DNA of 64,000 bases from Phoronis australis. Lineage: Eukaryota; Animalia; Phoronida. The notes under the pieces are model-generated. The model was not told where the DNA came from, did no database searches, and saw only the letters and a list, made by a program, of their open reading frames with translations. Numbering within the stretch: position 1 is the stretch's first letter; each line of letters begins with the position of its first letter. The stretch is from assembly GCA_002633005.1 (NCBI GenBank), contig NMRA01000567.1, positions 130,954 through 194,953 on the forward strand, in the 5' to 3' direction. A program made the translations under genes and the position numbers. Positions 12,701 to 22,300 of the stretch are shown here, piece after piece.

Positions 12701-15700
12701 GGTGCTTGTTTTAAGAAAACATATTTTCACACCTGACAATTTGTGATTTCTTTTCTTTTTGTTCGCTATCTCTCATTCACCAATGGGTCAGACACGGGTA
12801 TATATTATGGCCGTATAGTCTTCTTACGCTTGTAGGATATCTTGATAACTAAGAGTAAAACTCACACAAGTCAGATCCAACAAAAGAGATCAGATCCAAC
12901 CAGAGAGATCAGATCCAACCAGAGAGATCAGATCCAACCAGAGAGATCACAACCAAGGATGATGAAATCCAATTTTCCGAAGGACAGTGTATTACTAAAT
13001 TAATCGAAATCAAACAACTTTATTGCAGAAAGGTTTCCAAGTTAAATAGGCCAAGTTCCATAGATGCAAGAATCTCATTAAGGAAGCTAATGCGATTACG
13101 TGCTTAGTTTGTTATGCATTGCGATATGGTCTTGTGCGGTCTTTCATTTTGACGAGGTACTCGTGTCTACAGAATGCACGCCTGGCTTATCCATGTCTCA
13201 CTTATGTGAATTTTACTTTAAATTTAGTGGTTGAGAGTGTATCCTAGGCACACGGTGACCTGGGTAAGAAAATCGTCCACACTCATTCACTGATTAGTGT
13301 TTTCTTTCCAGACACATTTGAGATGGTTAGTGATGAAGATGGCAGAGTCAAGTTTCTCCTTTCCCATCATTATGAGTCGTATGTGAAAGCAGCTGGGGAA
13401 GTGGGTAACCCGGCGCGTGCCCGTCGGCTGGCCCAGGAGGCAGTCACTCTCTCCACCTCCCTGCCCTTGTCCGCCAGCACCACGTTGTTCGTAAGATGTG
13501 ATGAGGACAGGCTAGATGTCATGAAGGTGAGTTGAATGGAGTTGCAGAGGGTTCCGATGTCTGCTGCTGTTTTGGTTGAAGTCTGCGTTATTTGTTAATG
13601 AGATAAAATGAAATTAAAATCGGGTTTGTGCACAAGCGATTGGTTTTGAGTAAGCAGTCTTAATTCAAATGAGTTATGATAGTAGTCCACTTTTGGCAAT
13701 GCATCACTACCATAGACACATATTCACACAATGTATTGCCCTGGACTTGTTAATAAAGATTAAACTGTGAACGATTCTTGATCAGGTAATTTGTTACTAA
13801 ATTGTTTATATTATCATTTACAGGTGCTGATCACAGGACCGTCGGAGACCCCATACGCCAACGGTTGTTTCGAGTTTGATGTATTCTTCCCTCAGGATTA
13901 TCCAAACAGTCCACCGCTGGTCAACCTGGAGACTACAGGAAACCACACAGTCCGCTTCAACCCTAATCTCTACAATGATGGGAAGGTGGGTTGTTTATCG
14001 TGGGTTAAAGTCTGTTGTCAGAGTTGGTCTCATTTGTTAGTCTCGTTTTTCTGGTTAGAAGAGCCAAAGGCCCTGGGTGCATAGTGTACTGTGAGCTTTG
14101 CATCTTTCACAATAAAGCTGCACCATTATCACATCTTGAAAACTCTTTATTTTGTTTGCGCGTTAGTACATTGCTTGTACATGATTCTAAACAAACATCC
14201 AGCTGTCATATATCCCTGTTTTAACCACTATCTTCATTCTGTTAGAATAGGCTTCGACCAACTTTGTCACCAGGAAATAGAGAAGACATTGGAAAAATTT
14301 GCGATCAATGAGAAATCATGCAAGTTTCTGTAAGATCTGTCTCTGCCAAACTGCCGTTCATGAGTCAGGCCAAATGTATGTCTGATGGGCATGTACAAGA
14401 GATACTTTCTGAAAGTATGTTTTCAATCCAGGATCTTATTCTTTATTTTCAATTACCAACCTCTTGCCTGTTACAGACAACCGTAAGTCAGATGTTTTCC
14501 CAGGCATATATTTGGATTTGACATGTCATGCACTGCATAAACGCACTGGGTTTATGAAGATCTTTGGTATGTTTGTTACATATGCTTTATGGTCATGTAT
14601 AACCCTCAGGTATGCCTCAGTGTACTTAACACTTGGCACGGTCGTCCCGAGGAGAAGTGGAATGCACAGACGTCCAGCTTTCTTCAGGTCTTGGTCTCCA
14701 TCCAATCCCTGATTCTTGTCGCCGAGCCCTACTTCAACGAGCCTGGCTATGAGAGGTCGCGTGGCACTCCGTCAGGCAATGCGTGCTCGCGTGAGTATGA
14801 CGCCAATATTCGCCAGGCGACAGTGCGCTGGGCCATGCTGGAACAACTACGCAACCCATCCAAGTGTTTCAGGGAGGTAAGTGATGGAGAAGGAAGCATG
14901 GTGCTGGGTTTGTTGAATGAAAGGGCTGGGTGTTGTAAGGAGAGGGGGGCTGGGTTTTTTTGTAATTCATGTGAAAATACAGGAACAGGAGAAAAGCAGT
15001 AATAGATTACAACAGGGCTTGGAATTTTCCGTGGAAACGCGGATTTCCGCTTTTTTCAAATGTTTTTTCCGCGCATTTTATAATATTTCTGCGTGAAAAA
15101 AATCGGATTTGATATAAAATTTCCGCGGCAAATTCCTTTCTTACCGCGGCGTTGCAGACGACGTTCACCTCAAAAAGCGGAAGTTGCTCTTTATGTTTCG
15201 GAGGAACGTAAATTGTCAACATTGCCGGGGCANNNNNNNNNNNNNNNNNNNNNNNNNNNNNNNNNNNNNNNNNNNNNNNNNNNNNNNNNNNNNNNNNNNN
15301 NNNNNNNNNNNNNNNNNNNNNNNNNNNNNNNNNNNNNGACCTAAAAAAGGACGCAGACGCATGCTACCAATGGTGGTAACGTTTTTTTTTTTTTTAGTCC
15401 TCCCGATTTTTGTCGGGGAAAGGTTCATCGACCATTTCAAGGCTGGGTAGCGCGCATGATTTGGGCCGTAAAAGTTTCCGCGTTTTTTGTCATTGGTCAT
15501 TCCAAGCCCTGTTACAAATAAGATGTCAAAGTGACTCCATGATTCAACATTATTGTGATCATTCCCTGAAGTCTATACTGTGTCTATGAATTCTTTACAG
15601 GTTATTTGGGTTATGGATGTTGAAAATGCTTTTTAGAGTTGGCAGTATTTCTATGAAGCTGACAAGAAATTTCAGACGGATCAGTCTGCCACTGTGCCCC

Positions 15701-16979
15701 CTAGTGGCAATTTCAGTTTTGCATCCACGCATCATCTCCAAAACCTCTTGCAGGATCTTTGTGAAATATGCCTAGTGCATTGCTATGAGCATGGAATGGA
15801 TGACACCTTCTTTCAAACAAATCCGACAACCTCTGTGCTTCATAGTGGCAATTCAATTTTGTGTTTGCCTCTGTATCCTGCAAATAAGTTTTTGTGAGGA
15901 AGACGACAATCCCTCCCCATTTTTGGACAGGTACGACATATGTAACCATTTTGATAGTAATCTGTAGAAGCGTAGCATTTATAGTGCAGTTGTGGACGCA
16001 TGCCAATGCTTTGTGTTGTTCTTGTTTCTTTTACTGCAGGGAAATTTATCCCCAAGACCCAAACTTTACTCTTGACTATAGTGAACAATTGACCAATTGT
16101 GTGCCATGTTCCAAGTAATCTTTTAATTTTCATGGCACCTGATTGGCCAGTTTGCTTGTTTCAGTGGCCCCATTTTTTAATTATTGTGACTACTTTACTT
16201 AGTGCTGTTACTGACTTAACATAAGTTCTACGTCATCCCTATAGGTGATTCAGAAGCACTTCTGGTTGAAACGTCAGGAGATTTGCACGCAAATCAATGG
16301 CTGGATAGCAGAGATGGAGTCTGTGACCAGCGATAAGCGCTCCGGACGGCCCGTATCTGTCAGCACAGTGGCATTGAAAAGGCACTTTAACCAGCTCAAG
16401 GAAGAACTGGCCAAAATGACAGCTCCCGATGACCTCGAGGAGTTTGGTGCCTACTCACCAGATGGTGCCACGGCCATTGAGAGTTCCAGGGGGAAATCCA
16501 GTGGCATCAACAAAGATGGCAATACTAGCGGAGCTCACGGAGGAAATTCGAAAGTCACTTGGGGTGGTACTTACAGTCAAGAAGCCTCGTCTTATGGAAA
16601 TGAGGATGACACTGACAGCAATTCCCTGGAGTTTAAGATGGACCTTGTTGATCAGTTATCAAAAAACAATAACAGCCTGTCACCATATGTAGAAATGGTT
16701 GTCTTTGACGGAAATGATGTCGACAACATTGAAAACGATGTTTCATTAGTGAGCACGTTTGGCTCATTCACTGGCTCAAGCGACGGCCCTCCACCCCCTG
16801 ACTGTGAAGACATGATCGTCGAGTCGGACACGGATACGGGAGCAGATGATGATCTTGTGACTGCTATGGCGACGGCTCAACAGACTGTGGACAGTTTGTC
16901 GGACGATGCCAAAATAACAGCCGATGCTTTGAATGGGGCCGCGTCAGCAGAGTGTGATGTATCCGAAGTGAGCTGTTGA
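598..16979 (+). CDS. BIRC6: Baculoviral IAP repeat-containing protein 6 (BRUCE/Apollon), 3' portion: 16 coding exons, ~1,270 C-terminal aa including the UBC domain; gene starts upstream of the window
   Basis: Spliced translation is collinear with human BIRC6 as I recall it ([106 protein letters not shown]). All introns are GT-AG with consistent phases. Confidence 0.97.
1100..2785 (+). mobile_element. Older HINE copy of the same family, interrupted by the 1449-2701 element
   Basis: Array units at ~1166, 1280 and 1431; 2702-2785 repeats the family 3' end (atgatac..cccctagaagc..gggcacat..gcattgctctc). Left boundary approximate. Confidence 0.65.
1449..2701 (+). mobile_element. Helentron-associated non-autonomous element (HINE/DINE-1-like), full length, with central ~140-bp tandem array
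   Basis: 5' T-run plus subterminal IR ATGCGCCCAC (1454-1463) pairing with GTGGGCGCAT (2668-2677); (GTCC)-like microsatellite ~1497-1530; eight units each with CCNCTAGTGG; ends ttgctcttgt; inserted in a T-run with no TSD. Confidence 0.75.
2880..3015 (+). CDS. BIRC6: BIRC6 internal exon ([18 protein letters not shown]...[11 protein letters not shown])
   Basis: ttcag| acceptor, G|gtaagt donor, phase 0 to 1; resembles QRTAIENATVAFF..NQKLMAQVLCE. Confidence 0.9.
3537..3764 (+). CDS. BIRC6: BIRC6 internal exon ([15 protein letters not shown]...HPRYGAGH...)
   Basis: tttag| acceptor, G|gtgagt donor, 228 nt, phase 1 to 1. Confidence 0.92.
4762..5022 (+). CDS. BIRC6: BIRC6 internal exon (DKPSFVKE...YHHLLQ)
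   Basis: ttgcag| acceptor, G|gttagt donor, 261 nt, phase 1 to 1. Confidence 0.85.
5556..5690 (+). CDS. BIRC6: BIRC6 internal exon ([14 protein letters not shown]...)
   Basis: aatag| acceptor, C|gtaagt donor; resembles GQPLPAEMTLAQLL; absent from the ORF track because it is short. Confidence 0.88.
6299..6573 (+). CDS. BIRC6: BIRC6 internal exon (LFVDSEW...QSPLQVFA...EDIYD)
   Basis: tttcag| acceptor, GAT|gtaagt donor. Confidence 0.92.
7077..7504. mobile_element. MITE with imperfect terminal inverted repeats
   Basis: ctgtggtcagttgcatgaa..atagggactcaactaagttccctaa versus ttagggaccttagttgagtccctattcatacaaccggccacag. Confidence 0.7.
7644..7851 (+). CDS. BIRC6: BIRC6 internal exon (DPEDVII...[12 protein letters not shown])
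   Basis: cacag| acceptor, G|gtatgt donor. Confidence 0.93.
8621..8835 (+). CDS. BIRC6: BIRC6 internal exon (HILTSPIA...[12 protein letters not shown]...HQE)
   Basis: ttgcag| acceptor, GAG|gtaggc donor. Confidence 0.93.
9285..9657 (+). CDS. BIRC6: BIRC6 internal exon (IILAAT...[11 protein letters not shown]...YLRNDS)
   Basis: ttgcag| acceptor, G|gtaagc donor. Confidence 0.92.
10154..10343 (+). CDS. BIRC6: BIRC6 internal exon ([12 protein letters not shown]...YANRL)
   Basis: tttag| acceptor, AA|gtaggt donor (phase 2). Confidence 0.92.
11157..11284 (+). CDS. BIRC6: BIRC6 internal exon ([27 protein letters not shown]...)
   Basis: ggcag| acceptor, G|gtaaag donor; resembles EGLTLLVPDIQKTA. Confidence 0.88.
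12412..12516 (+). CDS. BIRC6: BIRC6 internal exon (DHLRLEG...[13 protein letters not shown])
   Basis: cgtag| acceptor, G|gtgagc donor; resembles EEKYVAVMKKLQF. Confidence 0.88.
12871..12949. repeat. Minisatellite, 19-bp unit (CAGATCCAACCAGAGAGAT), about 4 copies
   Basis: Directly visible. Confidence 0.9.
13312..13526 (+). CDS. BIRC6: BIRC6 exon, start of UBC domain (DTFEMVS...RLDVMK)
   Basis: ttccag| acceptor, AAG|gtgagt donor. Confidence 0.95.
13824..13985 (+). CDS. BIRC6: BIRC6 UBC-domain exon ([14 protein letters not shown]...NLYNDGK)
   Basis: tacag| acceptor, AAG|gtgggt donor. Confidence 0.95.
14610..14876 (+). CDS. BIRC6: BIRC6 UBC-domain exon containing the catalytic Cys (VCLSVLNTW...CFRE)
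   Basis: ctcag| acceptor, GAG|gtaagt donor; E2 active-site context GKVCLS. Confidence 0.95.
15013..15511. mobile_element. hAT-like non-autonomous element spanning an assembly gap
   Basis: 13-bp TIR CAGGGCTTGGAAT/ATTCCAAGCCCTG; 6-bp TSD TTACAA; subterminal TTTCCGC repeats. Confidence 0.8.
15233..15337. other. Assembly gap (run of N)
   Basis: 105 consecutive n. Confidence 0.98.
15630..16027 (+). mobile_element. 5'-truncated HINE copy
   Basis: gtgccccctagtggcaa unit near 15693; 3' end gtggacgcat..ttgttcttgttt. Confidence 0.65.
16245..16979 (+). CDS. BIRC6: BIRC6 terminal coding exon with extended acidic tail
   Basis: ctatag| acceptor; [21 protein letters not shown] matches the BIRC6 C-terminus; TGA at 16977-16979. 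Confidence 0.93.
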   Translation: MIQKHFWLKRQEICTQINGWIAEMESVTSDKRSGRPVSVSTVALKRHFNQLKEELAKMTAPDDLEEFGAYSPDGATAIESSRGKSSGINKDGNTSGAHGGNSKVTWGGTYSQEASSYGNEDDTDSNSLEFKMDLVDQLSKNNNSLSPYVEMVVFDGNDVDNIENDVSLVSTFGSFTGSSDGPPPPDCEDMIVESDTDTGADDDLVTAMATAQQTVDSLSDDAKITADALNGAASAECDVSEVSC

Positions 16980-17906
16980 GAATGCATTGATCATGCATTG
17001 TTTATGACTGCTGTCTCATTGCAAGGTTAATGGATGCTTTTGGTTCACAGTGAGTTCAAATGAAGAGTGAAAGAATTACAGTGGGAACCCAACAATGTAC
17101 TTTCTGGTGCTAATCGATGAACACAATGCCACACAAATATCGGAGTCATGCGTACTTATGTTTTTCGTTATGTAGTGTTGTGGAACATTTGGTTTTATCG
17201 GAGCCAGTACTCGCGACACCCTCTGTTTTAATCTGTGTCACACGTCGTTCAAAAGTGATACTTTTGTAGATGAAGTTGTCGCCAGGTTGGGTCTAAGAAG
17301 GCAAATCCTCAGGTGATATTGGCTTGTTTCCTTCTTCAGATTAGATATTTGTTGTCTTGTATGAGAAGTATGAATGAGATAATCACTTATATTAGTGCAC
17401 TTAAATACGTCTCATTCTTGAAACCTAAGTTTGTGACTTGCTATTGGTTGCAAGACATGGACTTTCCTCTATGCTTTGTTGCTTGAAATGTGATATAACT
17501 GTTGATTGGAAATAGATAGGCTGTGGTGATATTCTGTTGTAGACAGACAGGGCCATGTGCTTGAAAGTGTGTATGCCCTGTTCTTAAGATTTTTTGTTAT
17601 TCAATCACCTGTGTTTGAAAGAGCACTTGTCATTGCCGCCCTGAGCTGTATCACATGGGTTAATGATTGACACCTGTCAACTGAGCATGTCTTGTGAAAT
17701 ATAACCCTTCAGTTATGTAATCAGTTGGTGAACATTCTTGTGTTTGAAATTTTTCATTACATGGTGCTTTTACAGGTTGTTTAAGCACACAATATCAGTT
17801 GAAATATACAAATTAATGTGTTATAATTAGCGAGTCCAATTTCTTGTTTGCTTAGCTGTGAATCCATTGTTTTAATAAGGTGCACACTACTGTTTTATGT
17901 ATATGA

Positions 17907-17912
17907 AATAAA
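17907..17912 (+). terminator. Candidate BIRC6 polyadenylation signal AATAAA
   Basis: AATAAA about 930 nt after the stop, followed by a GT-rich element (gtgttgtgctgttt). Confidence 0.5.
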
Positions 17913-17939
17913 CTAAACGTTTGACAAGGTGTTGTGCTG

Positions 17940-17945
17940 TTTATT
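17940..17945 (-). terminator. Candidate LRR1 polyadenylation signal (AATAAA on the - strand)
   Basis: TTTATT on + strand about 1.2 kb downstream of the LRR1 stop; other candidates exist (e.g. ~18151). Confidence 0.3.
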
Positions 17946-19117
17946 CAAATTATGTATTCAGGGCTTTTTGCTTGCAATTTTACTGTACAGCGTTTTTGTT
18001 AATTTAAGTCTATTTGTCTGTTGTCCATAGCGATTGTGACATGAAAAGAGTATGTGCAAACGTATGAACTGTAAATAAGGGTGTTGTAACTAAGTACATG
18101 TACAATTGCAAGATTAAGGAACTTTGTATGCAATAAATAGCATATGGTATTTTATTTGCTCACTTTTTGTTTCTTTATCGATCATCCACAATTACGGGCA
18201 TTTTCAAAACCATAGCGAAGGTGTACACTTTCAAATTTTTCTGAAAGTGATGCGAGAAAAATCAACATTTTGGAAAGTCAGTTACCGCTCTTCATTACGA
18301 CACAAATGGCGGATATGTAGAACTTATTTTCACTAATGTCTCAACAAAAACAATTGAGCAAATTATGACTTCATCATTTGCAAGGTTTGTTTTCATCCTG
18401 AACAGCTATTGTGAACATGTAAAACTTTGATAAAATATGGAGTATTTTATAAACATAATTTGCTTCTACTCAAAGGCTGCCAAAAAGAATGTTTTGCTTA
18501 CTTTTGAAACTGTTAAAAATTATTAATCATGATTCTAACTGATCCGACTTCTTCATGTAGTCGGTGAAATGCACCCAATTTTGGTTGATATGAATTCATT
18601 TCTAGCTGATGAGCAATGTTCATCAGTGATCATCATGGAAACTTCACGATTATTTAACATATAAACTAACAAGATCGAGGATAAACCTTGAATGATAAAT
18701 TACAAAGCACCAAGACCTCCCTACCCATATGCACACTTTTCCTCTCATGGTTGCACACCCCCCCCCCCCACNCCATTTTCCATGTCTTGTGAACGTATTC
18801 CTTTGTTCAAAGATGGAAAAACCCTCTGCCTACGAAAATTAGAGAACTTATAAAAGTAAACAGGACAGTGACAAAATTCAACGAAATTTCAATGCACAAA
18901 ATTACAACTAAATATCCATTTCTTTTTGACTACATGTTTTAATTCTAGCAAAACCTCAAAAAATGTATGTGCTCTTTCTCGAAATCAACAAAGTACACAT
19001 AATTGGCAAAGCAGAATACGTAACATAATCCCACAACTCGCCAGCAGGCCTTTTAATCTCCTCACACCACAGGGCTTTGAATAAGAAGCAAACTGTAGCG
19101 TTACCAAAAGATGGAGC

Positions 19118-19370
19118 TCACTTCCATAAAGCATTTGGGTTATTCTGGTACTTGTCCAAACACTGTTTCGAGCATAGGTATGCTTCCATGGGTGCATAGG
19201 TTCTACCCAAAACATCGAGCGCCACAACTGTCCCAGCAATCTTTCTCAAGTCTGTCTGCGATATGAAGTGAACGTGTGACTGAAAGCAGGCACTCCCACA
19301 CAAACACCATTTTGCTGCATTGAGGTAATCAACCAATGGTCTAGTAACATCTTCAGCACTGTAGGGGATT
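19118..19370 (-). CDS. LRR1: LRR1 terminal coding exon
   Basis: tttcag| acceptor in phase 2; IPYSAE..AKWCLCG..YLCS; TGA. Confidence 0.92.
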
Positions 19371-22300
19371 CTGAAATTTGCATCAAGACCATAGAGCAAA
19401 AAATATCAAATGGTATGAAATCACAAAACAGTTCAGTTGACTGGCAGACAATTGAGAAGTTCTTCATACACAGTGAGTAATGGACCACTTAAAATTTTCC
19501 GCTATGGGTGCCACAGCCTTCGTCAGACTAATTATGTGAGTGGGATGACGTCATGCGTCCAACTCACAACATCATTAGCTCAACAAAGGCACCAGAACCC
19601 ATAGTCAAAAACGTTACTGTGTATGAATAACTTTTCAACATTAGGTATCAAAGCACTTTTCAAAAGCCGCATTCTATGTACAAAACGCTTTTAATTACTA
19701 GTTACAAAACATATGTTCAATTTTTTGTAACATGAGTAAAATGGCTTTAAAAATTTGCACAAAAAAGATGGCAGCATGTGCTGACTACATAGTTGCAGTC
19801 AATTTATCAATACCCATGGAAGATTGTAAGAACTCTTCAAACTTTTAATGAGCCTCTGTCACTCTAAACAAGAGCAATGCAGAACACAAAAATGTGCCCA
19901 CTACTACAACGCAAACTGTGTGCTTCTAGGGGTGTCTATTAGTATCATAAAAATGTCCATCAGATGCGCAGAATACGTAATCACATTCGGAAATGGGAAG
20001 GTGTTGCCGTCTTCCGAACAGAAACCTTTTTGGAAAATTGCATGATTGAAAATCAGTCACAAATTACAGAGGGGAATATAAGAAAAAAATAACAAGTGTG
20101 ATTAGAAGGTGAAGTGGTTGTTCAACTCATCCATCTCTTGATAAGTAAATGAGAATACACTTGCCAAGATTTTGTGAGCAGCTTTAAGAGATATAGCCTC
20201 AGATGCAAAGAAACGTCACTAGGGGGCACCAGAGTAGTTGGACCCACATGAAAATCTATGTCAGTTGTGCTATTGTCAGATGGAATACATCTGCCTATTT
20301 TCAAAATGAACCTCTACATGATTTGGCAAATACTGAGGTAGACAACTCAAAAATGATAAAAATGGATACTATGTGGTGCAGAATTCATCAAATCCACCCC
20401 AAAAGGGAAAGCTGCTATCGCCATCATAATAAAATTCATTAAAAACCATCAAAGACCTCTAAAGATACAGAAAAGTCGTAGGCAGCCATAGTCACATTTA
20501 TAAGAAAACATACAAAGATCCTTCAAAGAAGTAAGGAAATACAGCCGAGAACAAAAATTCACCACCAGGAGACGCCACAGTTGTCAGATCCATCTATAGA
20601 TCGATCTCAGCCATTAGGAACACATTTGTCAAGTTTTTTAAATGATCCATTAAAGTTTGGTGTATAAAGAGGCAGATGCCAAAAACGGACTCGAAAATAC
20701 AATTGGCCAATAGGTGGTTTAAAAATATATCGAATTCATACGAAAATGGAAGAGCCTCATCATCTCCTTAATAGACACTTATTTGCCAAATTTCACGAAA
20801 ATCCATTGAACTCTAAAAGATAGCGGCAACCATCAAAAACTAAAACTGTCACAGTTGGGTTGGTCTGAAACTTGTCAAAATCTGTTGTCAGCTCCACAGA
20901 AACATATCCGCCAAATTTCACACAGATCCATCAAAGAGTTAAGGAGATAAACCATAGACACAAAAAGAAAAAACACTATTTGGGGGTGCCAAAGCAGTCG
21001 AGCCCGCCCAAATATCTATTTCAATCAGTGATCTCATTAGAAGCACATCTGACAATTTTCAAATGATCCTTCGAGCAATTTGGTAGATAGAGAGGCATAC
21101 GTCAAAAGCGTACTCAAAACTTTTAAAAAACACGATTGGGTGGTGCAGATACGTCAGTGTCGGAAAATCCAAATGCATTGTCATCTCCTCAATAGAAACC
21201 TATTTCCCAAGTTTCATGAAAATCCATCAATGAACTCCAAAGACACACAGAATAACGTTGAAAAATTAAAATTGCCACTATAGCCTAAGTGGCGTTTCAG
21301 TCATCCGATTGGTATGAAACTCGTCATCTGTCATCAGCTCCATGGGAACACGTGATATCTAATTAAGATCCCGCAAGAGGTTTAAGAGATACATCAGTGG
21401 ACACCAGACACCGGATGCCCAGACAAAGACGACATCAATGTGTACCCAAGAATAAATGTGTGACTGCATAAAACTGACTCATTCAACATGTCTGTTAAAG
21501 AAAAGTACAGTAGCATAAATCAAATGAAAGTGAATCGCAAGATTTTCCCAGAGTACGGCAAAATCTGATTTAACTTTATGGTTAAGAGCATGAACCTGAA
21601 CAACCATACCACTGAATTTAGTCAGAGTTCAGCAAAAATCTTTTATATGCATGTCCAATTTAAGGATGGAGAATAGGTTTGTCATTGGTCTCCAGAGGCA
21701 TTGTAGTATTAAGAAGGTCACTTACTTAGAGACGTGGTATGTTGTTTTCAGACATTTCGACCTGGTCCTACAGGTTTTATTGATGAATGAGATATTTTCC
21801 GCCTTTCGCTCGTTAAGAATGCTGGAGTACACGGGGGGTATGTGGAGTCCTCGGTCCCGGTTCAAGAGGGGGCGCTGACTGTTGATGTTTATGGCCTCTT
21901 TGAGCTTACGAGTATGCCAATTTTGTTCCTTGGCTAGGATCCTGGATGACGCAAGAGAGATGGAATGCCCAGTCGCCAAAATATGTTCCCCCACCGCTGT
22001 TGGTCTGTCTAGTTTCAGATGTTCTTTGAATCTGGTAGGTTTGGTTGGGATCCTGGTCACATTTCAGCTGGTATATGACCCCACATTGTTTAGCCATTGG
22101 GGTTGGGTCTTTGGGTCTGACTAGTAGGGAACGGAGGGTGTTGATAGGTTTCATGTAACAAGAAATTCCGTGGTTCAGTAGGTGTGTTGTAGGCGTTCAG
22201 ATATTCCTCTTATGTATGGGATGGCAAGAGAGGGCTCATCGAGTTTTTCAGTAAATTTACGGCTAGGGGGGTCAGTAAACATCCAATCCTGGTATCCATT

